Assembly (NCBI GenBank): GCA_003971905.1
Contig: RSEE01000031.1
Location: forward strand, 558,001-622,000
Direction of reading: 5' to 3'
Source: Moniliella sp. 'wahieum'
Lineage: Eukaryota
DNA length: 64,000 bases
In this document: positions 1 to 13,333 of the stretch, piece by piece
How positions within the stretch are numbered: the first letter of the stretch is position 1
Layout of the letters: each line of letters starts with the position of its first letter
Translations under genes and position numbers: made by a program
Notes under the pieces: model-generated
What the model saw: only the letters and a program-made list of their open reading frames with translations
Database searches by the model: none
What the model was told of the DNA's origin: nothing

Positions 1-1211
1 CGCGTTCCCCTGTGACTGCTATCGCTGCTCCGGGCCATGGGCGGCATGGTCTCCCACCTGCCCCCCATCCGATCCGACCGGGCGATGGCTTAGCACCTGT
101 TGGAAGCGAGTCGGATGGTACTCTGTACGTCCCCCCCCCGCTTCTCCTCATCTTTCAAGCGCGAGTGATTCCGTTTCTGACCCACTTGTTTGGCCTTAGG
201 CACGTCGTCTGGCCGAACCACCTGTCATACATGGGGGCTCAACTTTCCCATCGTGACGACACGCCCGCTCGGGCCGGAGTGACTCGGCGGATGTGACGTC
301 CGAAGTGATCAAGCAAGTTTGGGCCCAGCCTAGTGGACATGCGCTTCCCAATCCAGAGCCGGTCACTGCGACCAAGACTGCTGAGGTCGCAAAGGCGTCT
401 CCAGCGTCAGAGAAGGCAGCCCCAGCAGGTTCCTCCCCACGGGTGCCTACCTCTGACCCGGCTCGCGGCTCTCGGCGGCCGGAGCCACGTGCCGCTCCTC
501 CCCAAGGTCCGCATGGGTACGGGACGGAACATGCAGCCACGATGACTGGATCGACGCTCCCGCTCCACCTGGGTTGGGGACCCGAGTAGCGTCTGCGTCT
601 GCGTCCGCATCGGCCTCTGTCTCGCCCGTCTCGTTCCCGCCGGAAGGCCAAGAATGGAGCAGCGAATACGCCCCGGATTACGGCTACGGGTACTACCCCT
701 CCCCCGCAATGCCGTTATCCAGTCCAGGCGACTACCTTGTGCCGCACGGCATGCCAGCTTTCTCTGCGCCCAAGCCGCTGGACGCTGGCAACCGTTTCGG
801 ATCGGTCTACGCGCCCTACCCCCCCACGCAACCCACAGGCTTCTCCCCACCCTTTCTGCCCCGCTCCCGGCCCGCAACGGGCGCGGGGCCCGCGTTTCCT
901 TGGGTGGATCACCAATGTTGCACCCGTGGCAGTACCCCGGACCAGGAACGCAGTACTATTCGTACCGTACGACGCCGTTCCTCCGCCCAGCTCCTTGGCT
1001 CGTCCCTCGTCCGCCCACCGACGCTGGCTCCGCTCCCGCTCCCGCTCCGGCCTCCTCCGCCCCCGCCCGCACCCCCGTCTCCGCGGACCCGGACCGCTCC
1101 CCTCGCTCGCCCGTCGCACCGGCTGCCACGTCGTCGTCCGACTCGGTGCGACGCGACCGGCTGGCCGAGCCCGGGCCGAGCGCGTTTGCTAGCTACGATC
1201 CGGTTTGGTAA
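1..1211 (+). CDS. 3' part of a Pro/Ser/Tyr-rich hypothetical protein, truncated by the window edge and broken by frameshifts; ends ...EPGPSAFASYDPVW*
   Basis: Overlapping + ORFs 12-296, 293-589, 574-1224 and 654-1211 join with frameshifts into one low-complexity protein. In-frame intron at 125-199. TAA at 1209-1211 followed by T-rich 3' sequence. Confidence 0.55.
125..199 (+). other. Spliceosomal intron (75 nt)
   Basis: GTACGT donor at 125, CTGAC branch site at ~177-181, TAG acceptor at 197-199. Splicing gives ...SDGTL|HVVWPNHL. Confidence 0.7.
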
Positions 1212-1609
1212 CCGCTACCCGTAATCGTACCCGCGGTACCCTGTCCCTCCCGTCCCGCATCGTGTCTGGGTCCGGTTTCTTTTTTTTTTGGGTCCCCTTT
1301 TGCTCTCGCCACTGATTTTGTCTGGGCGCCGGGTGGTGGGGAGCTTAGTTGTACTATAGGATGCACGTCCCTGTTATCTGGCAAAACGAGCTAAACAAGC
1401 TTGATTAGCAAGCAGGGAGGGTACGCTGGGTTGGACAGGCGCAAGGCAACAGTAGTAGATTGGAAGTTTGAAGGGTAGGGGGGGGAGGGAGAGATACGAA
1501 ATACGAGATACGAGAGAGGATCGACAAGAAGCTCAACCAAGTTCACCTTGGAATGCAGGTTCAACGAAGGCTTCGGCTTTAGGCTTTAGGCTTCAGGCTT
1601 CAGGCTTTT

Positions 1610-4600
1610 TTAGGCGGGTGTGCTCTCGTTGGCCATGCCCTGGGCCACGGCCTTGTACAGCTTGGACGAGGTAGGTGGGGGGCTCTGGGAGGTGCGGGAA
1701 GGGTGGTAGTGGATCACACCCACGGCGGCCAAGGAGCGACCGAGGGTGTGGCGCGGGTGGAGGCGGCGGGAGAGGGCCTTGACGGCGCGCGCGACGGGCG
1801 CGACGAGGTACGCCTCAAACGTAAAGGAGAGCAGCGTGTTGATGAGCACGAGGACAAACAAGCTCGTGTGGACGTAGGCAGGCAAATCGATCAGGCCCAG
1901 AATGTCAAACACCCAGCCGTGGCGGACAAAGAGCGCGTAGAGCGAGAAGCAGTCAAGAGGCACAACGAGGCAGCAACATGGGGTTAGTGTACATGGGCTT
2001 GCGGTACGGCGGACCGACGCTAAACACGGCGGCGACGAGAATGTACTGGAAGGAGGAGGAGGAACAGCGCCGAGTTGGGCGGGTTGACCACGTTCATGCT
2101 GTCGGGTCAAACGCCGGCGGGTCGTACCACGGCTGCGCCGTGATGTAGAAAAAGGCAACAAACTGCGTTACAGCACAGATGATCACTTGGCCCAGCATGG
2201 AGGTGAGGACCTTTTTGCTCATCAGGTTGGCCGTCGGCCGCTTGGTCGACAAGTGCTCAAATGGCTCGGTTCGCGCCATGGCCACAGCACGGGAATAATG
2301 ATAAAGAGGTCAATGTAAAGGAACTGAAAGTCGCCCAACGAGGCAGCCAACGAGTAGTAGAGAATGGTGATGGACGTGAACTGGATCAACGAGTAGAGCG
2401 CCATGTACTTGAAGCAGCCAAAGCTCGTCACCAGCGCCGCCCGTCCTTCTCGGATCGTCGACAGAACACATCCAATGTCCGGCTGGCGGGACGTGAAAGG
2501 CGCAGCCGACGCCTCGGCCTCCGAGAGAGAGATGCCCACGTCAGCCGCCTTGAGCGCACCACAATCGTTCGCTCCATCGCCACACATGCCCACCGTGTAA
2601 CCAAGGGCTTGCAACCGCTCTACCAGCTCGTGTTTCTCGTCCGGAGACATGCGAGCAAACACCGCCCCCTTGAGCAACATTCTCCGAACCGTCTCCACCG
2701 GCGCACAGTCCACCATCCAACGAAACACATCCGCTAGCGCAAGCTGATATCGTGTCCGCCACTCTCGTCGAGAGGGAGAACGTGCAAGTCAACGTCCGAC
2801 GGCTTCAGCGCCCACGGGTCCAGCTTCAGCTGTTCATCGTCCACGTTCTGCCACTCGATCGATTTGCCTTCCAACGGGCCACCTTCCGCCCCCGTCCAGA
2901 CCGGCATATACACCGCCGTCGACGGCCCCAGCATGCCACACTCGCGCGCAACACTCACTGCCGTACGAGGGTTGTCGCCCGTGACCATCTTGGTGCCAAT
3001 GTGGGCGTTCCGCAGGGCGGCAATGGCGGAAGGGGTGCCCGGCTTGATCTTGTTCTCAAAGATGATCAAGCCAAGGAACGTACTGCGACTCGGCCTGGGC
3101 ACGGGTCATGCGCTGGGCCTTGACCCAGCTCAGACCGGGAAGCGACTTGCCTGCACACGCAATAACACGGTACCCATGCTTGGTGTAGTACGCCAACAGG
3201 TCCTCGTAATCGGCCGGGAACGACTCGGGAGGCAAATGTCGGCCATCACCTCGGGCGCCCTTGACAAATACCTCCATCGAGTCGGATCGCATCCGCTTCA
3301 CCACCACACTCATCCGTCGCAACTGGCTCACAAACTCAAACGTCCGCAGCACCCCCAACTCGAGGAAATGGGCGCGCTTGCCCGGGCGCAAAGCGTCGGC
3401 CACATCAAACTCACCGCTGCCAGGCGGACGGACAACCGTTTGGACTAGGGCAGGAGGGCGGTCGGTCAAGCGCGCCTTCCCTTCCTTGGCCGTCGATCCG
3501 GTGCCTGTTGCCGCCCGCGCTGAGCGTTCTCGCCCCTCATCCAACGTCCATCCCGTGTACTCAAACATCTTGACATCCAATGGGTCCCCAATCACCTCTC
3601 CATCCACAACTTTGAGCGAATGGCAGGTGGCCAAAGCATGAAGCAGAGGCAGCTTGCGCGCCTCCCGGTCCTCCTTGGGCGCATTGTCCGCCGTTGGCAT
3701 TTCGTCCGCTGACTCGTGCACTCGGAAAACCGGTTCTCACGTGCCGAGATGGTGCGGGTACCAAGCACGTCCAGCCCATCTTCCGTTAACGTCCTGTCTT
3801 GTCAAAGCAAACACATTAATCTTGCCCGCCATGTTAACCCGGTTGGGGGAGATGCAAAAGATGTCCTTGGAGCGCAAACGTGAGATGGCAAATGCTGTCC
3901 CCACGCTCATCGTGGCGGCAAGGGGGGGAACCACCACGGTGATCAAGTCCAGCGCACGGACAACGATCAGGTGCCAAGCAATTCCCATACGCACAAAGCC
4001 CACGCCCGAGATGGTAAAGCCTACGCAGGCGATGCCGGCCAAGAAACCAATAAAGCGGAACGAGTCACGGTAGAATTTGAACCCCATAGGCTTGGGGAAA
4101 AGCATGGAGCGCACCAAGGCTCCCTTGGTGGTGTTGAACCCAGTACGGGCGACCATGGCCAGTGCATTCGCTTGGTCCTCATTGTCCGACGAAGGCACAG
4201 CCAATCCCCCCCCATTGGGGCGGATGCGCACAATACGTGTGCCTCCAAAGAGGAAGTGTCTTGCAGCTCGGGCGAAATTTCACTGCCAGGAGTCAAGAGC
4301 AACTTCATCTCAGCATCCGTCACTGGTACCTTGGAGACCGGAACACTCTCCCCTGTCAGCATTGACTCATTCACAATCGCATCGCCCGACAAGAGCACCG
4401 AGTCGGCAGGGAACAGAAGCAACCAGGCTCAGCCACGTCGTACACATCCCCGGGAACCAAGGCGGACTGTCGAGAGTGAGCCATTCGCCATCCCGAAGAA
4501 CTTTGACGGGGCAGGAGAAGCGGGACATCTCCCGCATCCGCTCCACCGTTGACTTGGTCTCGATCAGAGTCGTTGTAATCGAAGCGAGAGAAATGACGGC

Positions 4601-6556
4601 AACAAATGCGTAGTAGTAGTCATCCACACTCCAGAGCACAATTGAAACGATTTGGAACATGTAGAACGGATGCAGCACCTCGTCCACCAACAACGCCCAT
4701 ACCGACTTGGCCTCAATGTCGATCGCGTTCGGCCCAAACACAATGTGACGGTCTTCCAGCTGGTCGTCGCTCACGCCTTGCGCCACAGCTTTAACTGAGG
4801 TCCAACCGCCATCACGCCAGTCCTTCGCCATACGAAGGCGCCCTGAAGGCGGATGGAGAATAAAACGGGTGTAGCGGTAGTCAGAAACTTGAGCTCCATC
4901 AGTTGTTCAGTATCTGTGCCTGCATAGGGATTATTCGACCAGGAGGCCTGGGTACCATTCGCAGCCTGCTTGCCGTTTCCGTTGGCAGTGGCAGCTTGGA
5001 ACAGTTTGGTGCGCTGGTTCAACGCCGCCTGATCGGACGCTGTTGAGGGAGGATCAAATGAGAAGTCGGGGGGAATACGTAGCAAGGGGGCGAGCAAAAG
5101 GAATGGTGTTCATCTTCGCTTCAAAGAGGTCTCCCCATTCGGTTGTGACCATCACGAACTCGGCATCGACAAAGTCGCATTCGCGGCAAACCCACTTGAG
5201 CCGAAGGCGTGGAGCCAACGTGCCAGCAAGTAAACAACCCAAACGTGCAGACCGAAGCGATCATAAAGAGCAGGTGGTGGAAACGCACGATCTGATATCC
5301 TGTCAGGCGGATGAGCGAGTCCTCCTCCACAAGGTAAATTTGTTGCCGGGATTGAGAAGACTTGTCGAGGAACGTCTTGCCCTCTTGTTCCCGCTGCAAC
5401 GACTCGGCGGTGGGGGGGCCGTCATCCAGCGCACTCCCAGCCAGGAGGGGCTCTTGTCACCCCCAGAAAAGGCATGCATGCTGACCTCGGGGTGTTGGTG
5501 AAGGTAATGTGTTCCCGCTCCAGGTCGGCAAGGTCGAGGTCCAATTCATCCTCCGGGGCGCCAGCATCGTGGTCGCCAAAGACAGGATCGCCTCGTCCAC
5601 CCAGGGTGCCAAAGGCCGAGGCATCAACCCCCCACGGTCCTCGTCAGAGCTGGACTGGTCGTCGTGAATGCCCGAGGGGGAAGAGTCGCCACCACTGGAC
5701 AGAGCGTCATCCGAGTTCATGTAAGGGCCGTACCCATCCTCGGACAGACCGAGTGACTCGTTTGAGTCACGCCGAACCGGTGCATTTTCTTCGTCCCGCC
5801 GTGACTCGTCTCCACGAAGAGAGTTCATAATGGAAGACAGGAAACCCTGGTTGGACCGCGCGAACCCACCACCATGTCGTCATGACCATCGCGGGAGTGA
5901 CGCGCCCTACCAGCACGGCTAAACTGGCTCGACTGACGATGCGTGGGCAGGGCACCCGATACGCCCTCCTCGGCGGACCAAGGGAAATGACACTGGGACC
6001 TGGCGCTTCCAGCGACGCCATGCTGGTCCGGCGCGTGCGCCGCAGCACAGGTGAATGGGAAAAGCGTGTGACCGACGAGGAGCGACGGCTCGTCAAACCA
6101 GGGTGTGGAGGCTGGTGATGCATCTGGGTCGGAGGACGAAAGGTCAGCCATCCATGCCTCCACCAGGCTCTGCAGAAGACCAAAGCGCATGAGATGGGGG
6201 GGGGGGAGGACGGAATACATACGAGGTGTAGCTGCTGGGCACAGCTCCAGCCGAAGGGCCATCGAAGATGGAGCCCTGGTCGTTGTAGTGGCCAATCTGG
6301 CTGTCGCGGCGAGCACGAGAGCCGCCGACAGCGACGGGCGCAGAGTAGGTGGCCTCGTCGCCTTGAGGAGCAGCACCGGGCTCGCCGTCATGGATCCATG
6401 CAGGCCTCGGCGGTTTCCTTATCGGTGAAGAAAGGGGAGGCAGCAAGCTGGATGGGGGGTTGCTCCTTGGGGGCGGCATCGGGAGCGGGCACGGACTGGC
6501 GGGCCAAAGGGGGCCTGGTACTCGGCGTCGGCACGATGTGCTGGGGGACCGGGCAT
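1610..6556 (-). CDS. YPK9: P5B-type cation/polyamine-transporting P-type ATPase (Ypk9/ATP13A2-like), copy 1, many frameshifting indels
   Basis: Fragments carry [43 protein letters not shown] and [21 protein letters not shown]. Probable ATG at 6556 in ccaccaccATG context. TAA at 1610-1612. Confidence 0.93.
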
Positions 6557-7997
6557 GGTGGTGGGGGGAGGTCCTCCCGGGGGGGATGCTTGGCAGGCGC
6601 AAGAGTGGGGCGAGGAGAAGCGAGAGGTGGAGGTGGGGGCTCGAGAAAAATTTGCCGCGGGCGGGCTGCCCAAGTCGGATGCGGGCGGCGGCTGGGACGA
6701 TGCAAGGGGCGGCTGGGCAGCGCGGCGGCAGGCAACGCCCCTCGTAATCGAGCAATCAGTAATCACCGCTCGTGCGCCCTCTCACCGCACACGGCCGATT
6801 GCAGGCGGCATCCAAACGTCCCAGCGCGCTTGCAGCGCCTCGCACACTGCCCCCCTGCGCCCGCATCCAATGGGCCAGGGCCAGCTGGGGCAACCCTAGC
6901 CGACGCACACCCGTGCCTGGGGCCACCTGCTGCCTCGTGTTGAGTCAAGTGACTAGCACCGACTACGTCGAATTCAGCGCCGCAGTCTTCCAGGCTGCCG
7001 CTGCCTCCCTCCCGCCGGCCCTCCTCTTCGGCACATCATCCACATCCACCGTCGGCATCCCTCGCTCATCTCCCCACCGCCTGCACCTCCACCGCCACGC
7101 CGGCACCGCCCTCAGCGTAGCACCAATGGGTTATCCAATAACAAAGACCCCGAACCACTGTGGTTGTATCTCGTTAATCACTGACCAGGAAACTTATCCG
7201 AGCAGAAGCATGGCGGGACGAAGATGACCTAGTAGATTGCGCCTCCGAACAACAAAAAGCGTGAATTGAATCCGCTGCCCGAGGGAAGTGGAAGAAAGGT
7301 CTATATTTGGTGTGGGCACTGGACGAAAATTCTTTTAACGACAAGCGATGGAGCCGGGTTTCATCCTCCTAGCTGAGGCAGACATGGGTGTCAAACTGGC
7401 AGACAAAAGGCTGAGGGGCAGGGCCGCAGGTTGGAGCTGCTATGGTTTTTCGCTTCAAGTGGGTATAGGGAGGGTGAGAGGGCGATGCCCTTCCACTTGT
7501 GGAGACGGTGGCACAGTATACTCGTGCTGCATGGACCATCGATGGTGAGTGGCTCCGTGATGGCGTTCCCAAGGGAGAAAAGATGCTGCATTGCAGAGAA
7601 ATTGCTTGGCCCGGCACCGGAGCGAGCTGCGCCTGTGGCTATCGTACTAAGATTGAGATCCGCTTATAGATTAACAAGTGGAATTCAACCTCAGGATATG
7701 GTTTGCCGCACTAATGCCTCTCTACTTACGTCTGGTATGACATGTGCAACACTACCTGACCCCCCATCTCACAGATAGATAAGACTGTCGCTCATCCAGC
7801 TGCTAACCTCTCCTCGACGCCTTCGTCGCCTAGCCCGACCACAGCACTCTGCTGGACAGCGCCCCCAACAAGCCAATGATTCCTGCACACACAAACGTCC
7901 GATTCACACGTACTATAGCCAAGGTATACACTCGGTACACAATCACTCTGCCGCCTACATCCCGGGCCCACATCGTCCCCACATCCTTTTCCCCCAT

Positions 7998-9781
7998 TTA
8001 CCCTCGGGGCTCCCCGGGCGCAGGGGCGTGCACCAGGATAGTTGGTGCGGTGGGTGCGGTGGGTGCGGCGGCGGGTACATCGGGGGGGGCGGGGGCGGGG
8101 TGGAGGAGGAGAGGGGCAATTGCACGCCCCTCCTGGTTCCGGGGCGAATCCAGCGGCGCAGTGCCGTCCACATTCCGCCGTCTTGCTCTTCCCCAAAAGC
8201 CGAGTAGGGGGGGGAGAAGCTCGCCGGGGCGCGGCGCGGGTAGTGGTGTGGCTGGTCATGCCGTGTCCGCTGCGCGGGGCAGCCAGCGAGTGCAAGGAGA
8301 TATCCACCCCGCTCGAGCGGGGGGACAGCATAGGGCTTGAAGGGGCAAGCGATACGCGGTCCTCCTCCCCTTCGCTGAGGTCGGAAATGGAAAGGTCACC
8401 CCCTTGGGGGGGCAGCAGATGAGGAGAAATGCTGCGCTGTAGCGGGGCTCGGACCGCATCCGCAGCACCGAGCAACGGCGAGATGGGTGGTGGAGGGAGC
8501 AATGGGTGTCCAGGTCCGGCAGTGGGGAGGAGCGAGGCCGAGGTGCCCTGAGCCGCATCGGAAGATTGGATCAACACGCTTCCGCCCTCGGCCCCATAGG
8601 CTGGGGGAGGGGGCAAGTTGCCCACCATCGGTGCCAACCCCCACTTTTTAACGTTAGCTTCGATGAAGACAAAGCCAGCCTGACCTAGGTTGACATGTAC
8701 CTCGGCCGGCCCATCGGCCGCCAAGGTGGGGAAAAAGTCGTGGTTGGTCAAGCCGACAAAAGCTTCATGGAAGCGCTTGCCATTACGCGTAAAGAACACC
8801 CGACCCAACCGCGGACGGTAGCCCATACCAATCACATCGCCTTGTCGGTACGGCACGCTGTAGGGCATTTCGTTCCAGGGAGCATTGTGACACCGCGTAC
8901 CATCCAAGCTAAAGTACCCAATCGAATACTTGAGCAGACCTACTCAGCCCGCGTTAGCTAGCCATGCCCCCTCGTCCCATCGACCCAAGAAAACAACGTA
9001 CCTGGAAAGCGAAAGGCGGGGTAGGGTTTGGTTGCCAAGCCGATCGCGACATTGGTCGTTTCGGGCTTGCGGAACATCTTGACCTCGAGATAATACACCT
9101 CATTCGTTTTCGGAAGGGGCAAGTTGGATTGCACGCTCACAGCCCCACCTTCTTCGGGGGCTAAGCCATGGCCATCATCGAGAAACGTAATTTCGGTCCG
9201 GCCCTGGACGTAAACAGGCGGGTTGGCTTCGTAGTCCGGTTCAAAGGACCACGCTTGCACGCCCTTTTCCTGGATGGTCACCATCTGAGGCGGCGTCAAC
9301 TCAGTCGGCACACTGCCTAGCGGGTGAGTGCGCGCCCACGCTTGGGCGCGTCCGTATCCGGTGCGCTCGCCGGGCCCCAAACTGGCAAGGTACGCTCGTT
9401 CTCGCTCCGCATCGGAACGGCGCGCCGCGGCGTCCGTCTCCTCGCGCATAATGTTGGTCGGAAGCCGGTCCTCGCGCAGCGCGATCCCCGCGCTCCGCCG
9501 TACCAGCAACACAATCAGCAGGACCAAGAACATGACGCCGGCCATGGCGGACAAGACAATGATGAGGGCCACCAGAAGGGGGAGATGCCATCGCTTGCGC
9601 GGAGCTGGACAGGAGGCCCCTCCAGCTGTGACGATCGGTCCAAGCCAAAGGGAGGTGCCGGCGCGGCGCGCACACCAGGTGGCAAGAAGGGAGGCAAGGT
9701 CATGCCCCAGGCTAGAACGGCGGCCCCAGCACGGGCGGCCAGAGGGGGGGGCAGCGATGCAGCGCCGCGGCGTGGAGGCAT
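7998..9781 (-). CDS. SSH4: Ssh4-like single-pass membrane SPRY-domain protein (Rsp5 adaptor family), copy 1
   Basis: N-terminal TM (LIIVLSAMAGVMFLVLLIVLLV), IQEKGVQAWSFEPDYE, VQSNLPLPKTNEVYYLEVKM, IGLATKPYP, GDVIGMGYRPR, FFTRNGK, HVNLGQAGFVFIEANVKKWGLAP, then a PPPAY motif. One intron at 8940-9001. Confidence 0.9.
8940..9001 (-). other. Intron in the Ssh4-like gene (62 nt); copy-2 equivalent 37039-37100
   Basis: GTACGT...GCTAAC...TAG on the minus strand. Splicing restores FPG|LLKYSIGYFSLDGTRCHN. Confidence 0.9.
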
Positions 9782-10627
9782 GGTGACGAGGAAGGTGGTG
9801 GGGCCAAGAATGATTTCCTTCGGGGTGGGTGCTGCGGAGCAAACACAGCCGAGCTTCTTGCTGGTTGGGCGAGGGGATGGCTTGCCGGTACTCGATCGTC
9901 GATGGCAGTTGGTTCTGCGTATCCACACAGGACACCGAGTGCTGAGTTGAGTGTCCTGAGTGCTGAGTGTGGTGTGCTGATACAGTGCTCAGTGTAGTGC
10001 GGAGCGCTGAGCCAGCACGCCCTCAGCGCTGACATGCTGACACTGCCCCACGGCGTCTGAGAGCGGGCTGGCGGCTCGTGGCACATATGACGTAAGGTGT
10101 GCCTTGCGGCGGGCTGCACGCCGGAGGTTGCCGGCCATAAGGCCTAAGGCGCTCGCTTATAGCTCAGGCGCTCCACAAGCGAAGCGCTTACAACGTCAAA
10201 ATTCCAATGCTCAGGCGGGGGACAATCCAACTCGGATGGCCGGTGGCGGCGCAACGAGTAACCATCGGGACCCATACACGGCCTGCACAGCCACTGCCAT
10301 CCCACCAGCTAGAGAGACCAGCCCAGCCCTTCTGGGGCGTCCGCGGTCTGATGGGAGCCCCCCCGGGGCGGCGTTTTTCTCACGACTCGCGCCCAGTCTC
10401 CTCTCGCCTCTTCCAAACAACGCTCACCCACGCAGACATCCTAGTACTCCTGTTGCGCTCGCCTCCGCACCACCCCTATACCGAACAAACAGGAGGAGGC
10501 AATACAGGATGAGCGGCACGAGTATGATGGCATTCGAAAGAACGGATACGAGAGACAACATCGTGACAAAAATCAGGGCCGTACCGTGACCCCATAAGAC
10601 CAACAAACATTGGGTCAGACGGATGGG

Positions 10628-13333
10628 TTAGGGAGCCGTGGGTGCCGGCGTCTGGGACGGCAAAACAGGAGGGTCAGGGCGGTACGAGCGAGGGTAAATA
10701 GGGGTAGGGCGAGGACGATGGTACATCATCACAGGCGCCGTACCGATCGCGACCCGGTTCCGGCCCGAGTCGGGGTGGACAGGTGCGCTGGACGGCAAAC
10801 GCGACGGTGCAACAGGCGTTGGTGGGTGCGAATCAGAAGTAAGAGGGGCGTGGCAGGCCGGAGGTCAGGTCCTGCTGGCCAGATGCGACAAGATGCGTCT
10901 GGCCCAGTGGTTCTTCTTCTCCGTGTTTCTCTTCTTCGTCCGGGGGACGGGGGAGCGGCTTGAGGTCCCTTGCTTGCGGCACATACAGATCGGGCAGGAG
11001 CGCATACCGTTTCGTGTTGGGGTACCTTGGGCCCTGTTTAGGCGAGCTCAAGCAGGGCGAAGATTCTCTCGGGGGAGATAAGAGCGCCTCCAGGGCATTG
11101 GTGTCCGTCGAACCATGAGCCACTTGTTGGCCCGCATGTCTGGATTCCGATCCAGGCCGTTGCGGCACCGGCATTCCCCGTCCCGCCTGACATACGAAAT
11201 AGGGGTGCGTGTTCGAGGGGGAGGCGGGGTGAGACCAAGCTTGTCCAATACCTCTGCGATGCGTGCGTCCTGGGAAAAAGCTTCGGCCTCGGGCGCGGGA
11301 GCAGAGTGATCGTGTATCGAGGGCAAGTCAGTTGGGATGTAAGTTGTGGGCATGGGTGAACCCTGCGGTGCTGAGCCCACCGGGGACCGAGGTGGACAAG
11401 GGCAAGGAGAGGACACTGGTTCCTCCGCTGCACCTGCTTTCCCACGGCGAGGAAATCGCGAAGACGACTCAGAGGTGGCGCGACGTTCTCGCAACGTCAG
11501 CGGAACGATCATAGGCGATGGCAACGCCGTCGGTGTAGGAATTGGCATGGGAGCTGAGATTTCGCCAATGGCCGACACCCCAGGGCTAGAGGGTTCCTTG
11601 GCCAAGAAGTTTTTCGTGTTGTGATGGGAGGGTGGAGAAAATGAGCCAGGAGATCGATTGAGATGAAGGTGCTGAGGTGGCACAACGTGCCGCAACCCCG
11701 CGAGGGAAAGTGGTTTGCGAAATCCTTTTGAAGGCTTGGGCGAGTCGGGCGTGGAAACAGACCGTTCCTTGCGCCAGCTAGAACGATGATGGAAGTCCCA
11801 CAATTGGCCGTTTTCTTTCGACGACAAAACTGGGGGGCAAATTTTGCCCTTTTTCTGGCGTCCCATCTCGACCGAATTGGGAGTCGTATAGGGCCTGTTG
11901 GACAAAAAGACACTGGGCTCCAAATCATTCGAAACGGTACCATCCCCGCTGGATGGAATCGGGCCGAGAGAATGAGCCCGATATGGGGTTGTAGTCTTTG
12001 GCGGCGCGGCCAGAAAAGGAGAGTCGGACATCATCTCTACTGGAGGGACAGTGGTTAATGATGATGGTGCCATGGTGGACGCAGGTTGGATAGGGGTTGA
12101 TGGCGAGAAGCAGCTTTGGGGAATAGAGAAAGCGCCATGCGCCGTTGCCTGCACAGGCAACGGAGATGTTGGGGAGACAACTCGGGTGTCCGAGGAGTTA
12201 AGATGCAAGTTGAGGGTATCAAGGGCCGGCAGAGGGGGAGGATCGGGCTTAATCCACCCGTGCCGTTTATATGGCATTGGAGAGAGGGAACATTCCGACC
12301 TGGCGAATTTTCCCGAGGGAGGGGGGTGAACCAAATTCGGGCAACTTGGCTGTGCGTCCGCTCCGTGGGGAGACAGCTTTCCTCGCATGATGTTCGTGCA
12401 ACCCGTGAAGATTGCCGAGTGAAACTGCTTTAAGGGGCCCTCTACCGCCCAATGGATGGGAGGGGGAGCGACGCGGAGGGCTCTCCGGCTGGAAGACAGG
12501 AATGACAGTGTCGTCCACGGTCAGAGCGCCTGTAGGGGTAGAAAAAGACGCCGTCTGCAACCCGAGCTCCTCGGTTGAGGAGGGTCGATTCTCAAGGCTG
12601 GTAAGGGATGTGCGGCGGCGTTGGCAGAGGCATGAGGTAAAGCGGAGTAGGAGCTGATTGGCGACGATGCTATGCTGGTTGCAACAGGTACAGTAAACGG
12701 AACATCCAACATGGATGCTGGCAATTTACACTGCTCCACGGGGCTGCCCTCAAGTACAGCTGATTCTGCACTCAAATCGCTCAAGAACTTATTATCGTTC
12801 TACAGGGAAGAAAAAACAAGTCAGCACTTTTGGATGGAATTCTCGATCCCCATGCAACATAGGATGGCGGCAGCGGCGGGCAAGGAACGAACCTTATCCC
12901 ACATGTCGTCGTCGACGCTGGTGCCGCCAAAGCTGTCGTCGGAGCTGTAGCGGCTCGCGGAGGAACCATGAGAAGAGCGCAGAGGAAGGTCGTGAAGCAA
13001 GGATCGCCACAGGCCGACGCCGACACCACCGCTCTCGTGACGGCTTGGTGAATCCGGCGGTATAGCGAGACCAGTCGGCCTGTGGAGCGCGTGGCGGGAG
13101 CCATGATGTAGGGGTGTACTAGACGAGCCGGGATTCATGGGCGAGGGCGCGTCGCCAGGTCGGGGGAGGAGAGAGATGGTGGTAGAGCGAAGGAGAGTGG
13201 AAGGCGGGAGACATATGGTATGAGGCACTGGATTTGAGCTATAAGCCGATGCGAACGAGAGGCCCATGGGGGAAAGGAGGCGGCAAGAAGTGTGCTCCAA
13301 TGCCGGCGGCGGACCATCGATGATCGATGACAT
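10628..13333 (-). CDS. Ser/Pro-rich, probably disordered hypothetical protein, copy 1; 3' end uncertain
   Basis: ORFs 12821-13351, 12521-12784, 12267-12560, 11048-12388 and 10833-11174 chain together. Intron 12800-12892 (GTTCGT..GCTGAC..TAG) joins MWDK|NDNKFLSDLSAES in frame. Confidence 0.65.

Noticed and set aside
2261..5830. Many plus-strand ORFs over the ATPase, and similar antisense ORFs over other genes
   Set aside because: Antisense shadows of strongly codon-biased real genes.
10424..10606. Short hydrophobic minus-strand ORF as a membrane peptide
   Set aside because: Non-ATG start in copy 1, frame differs between copies, and it is probably 3' UTR of the upstream gene.
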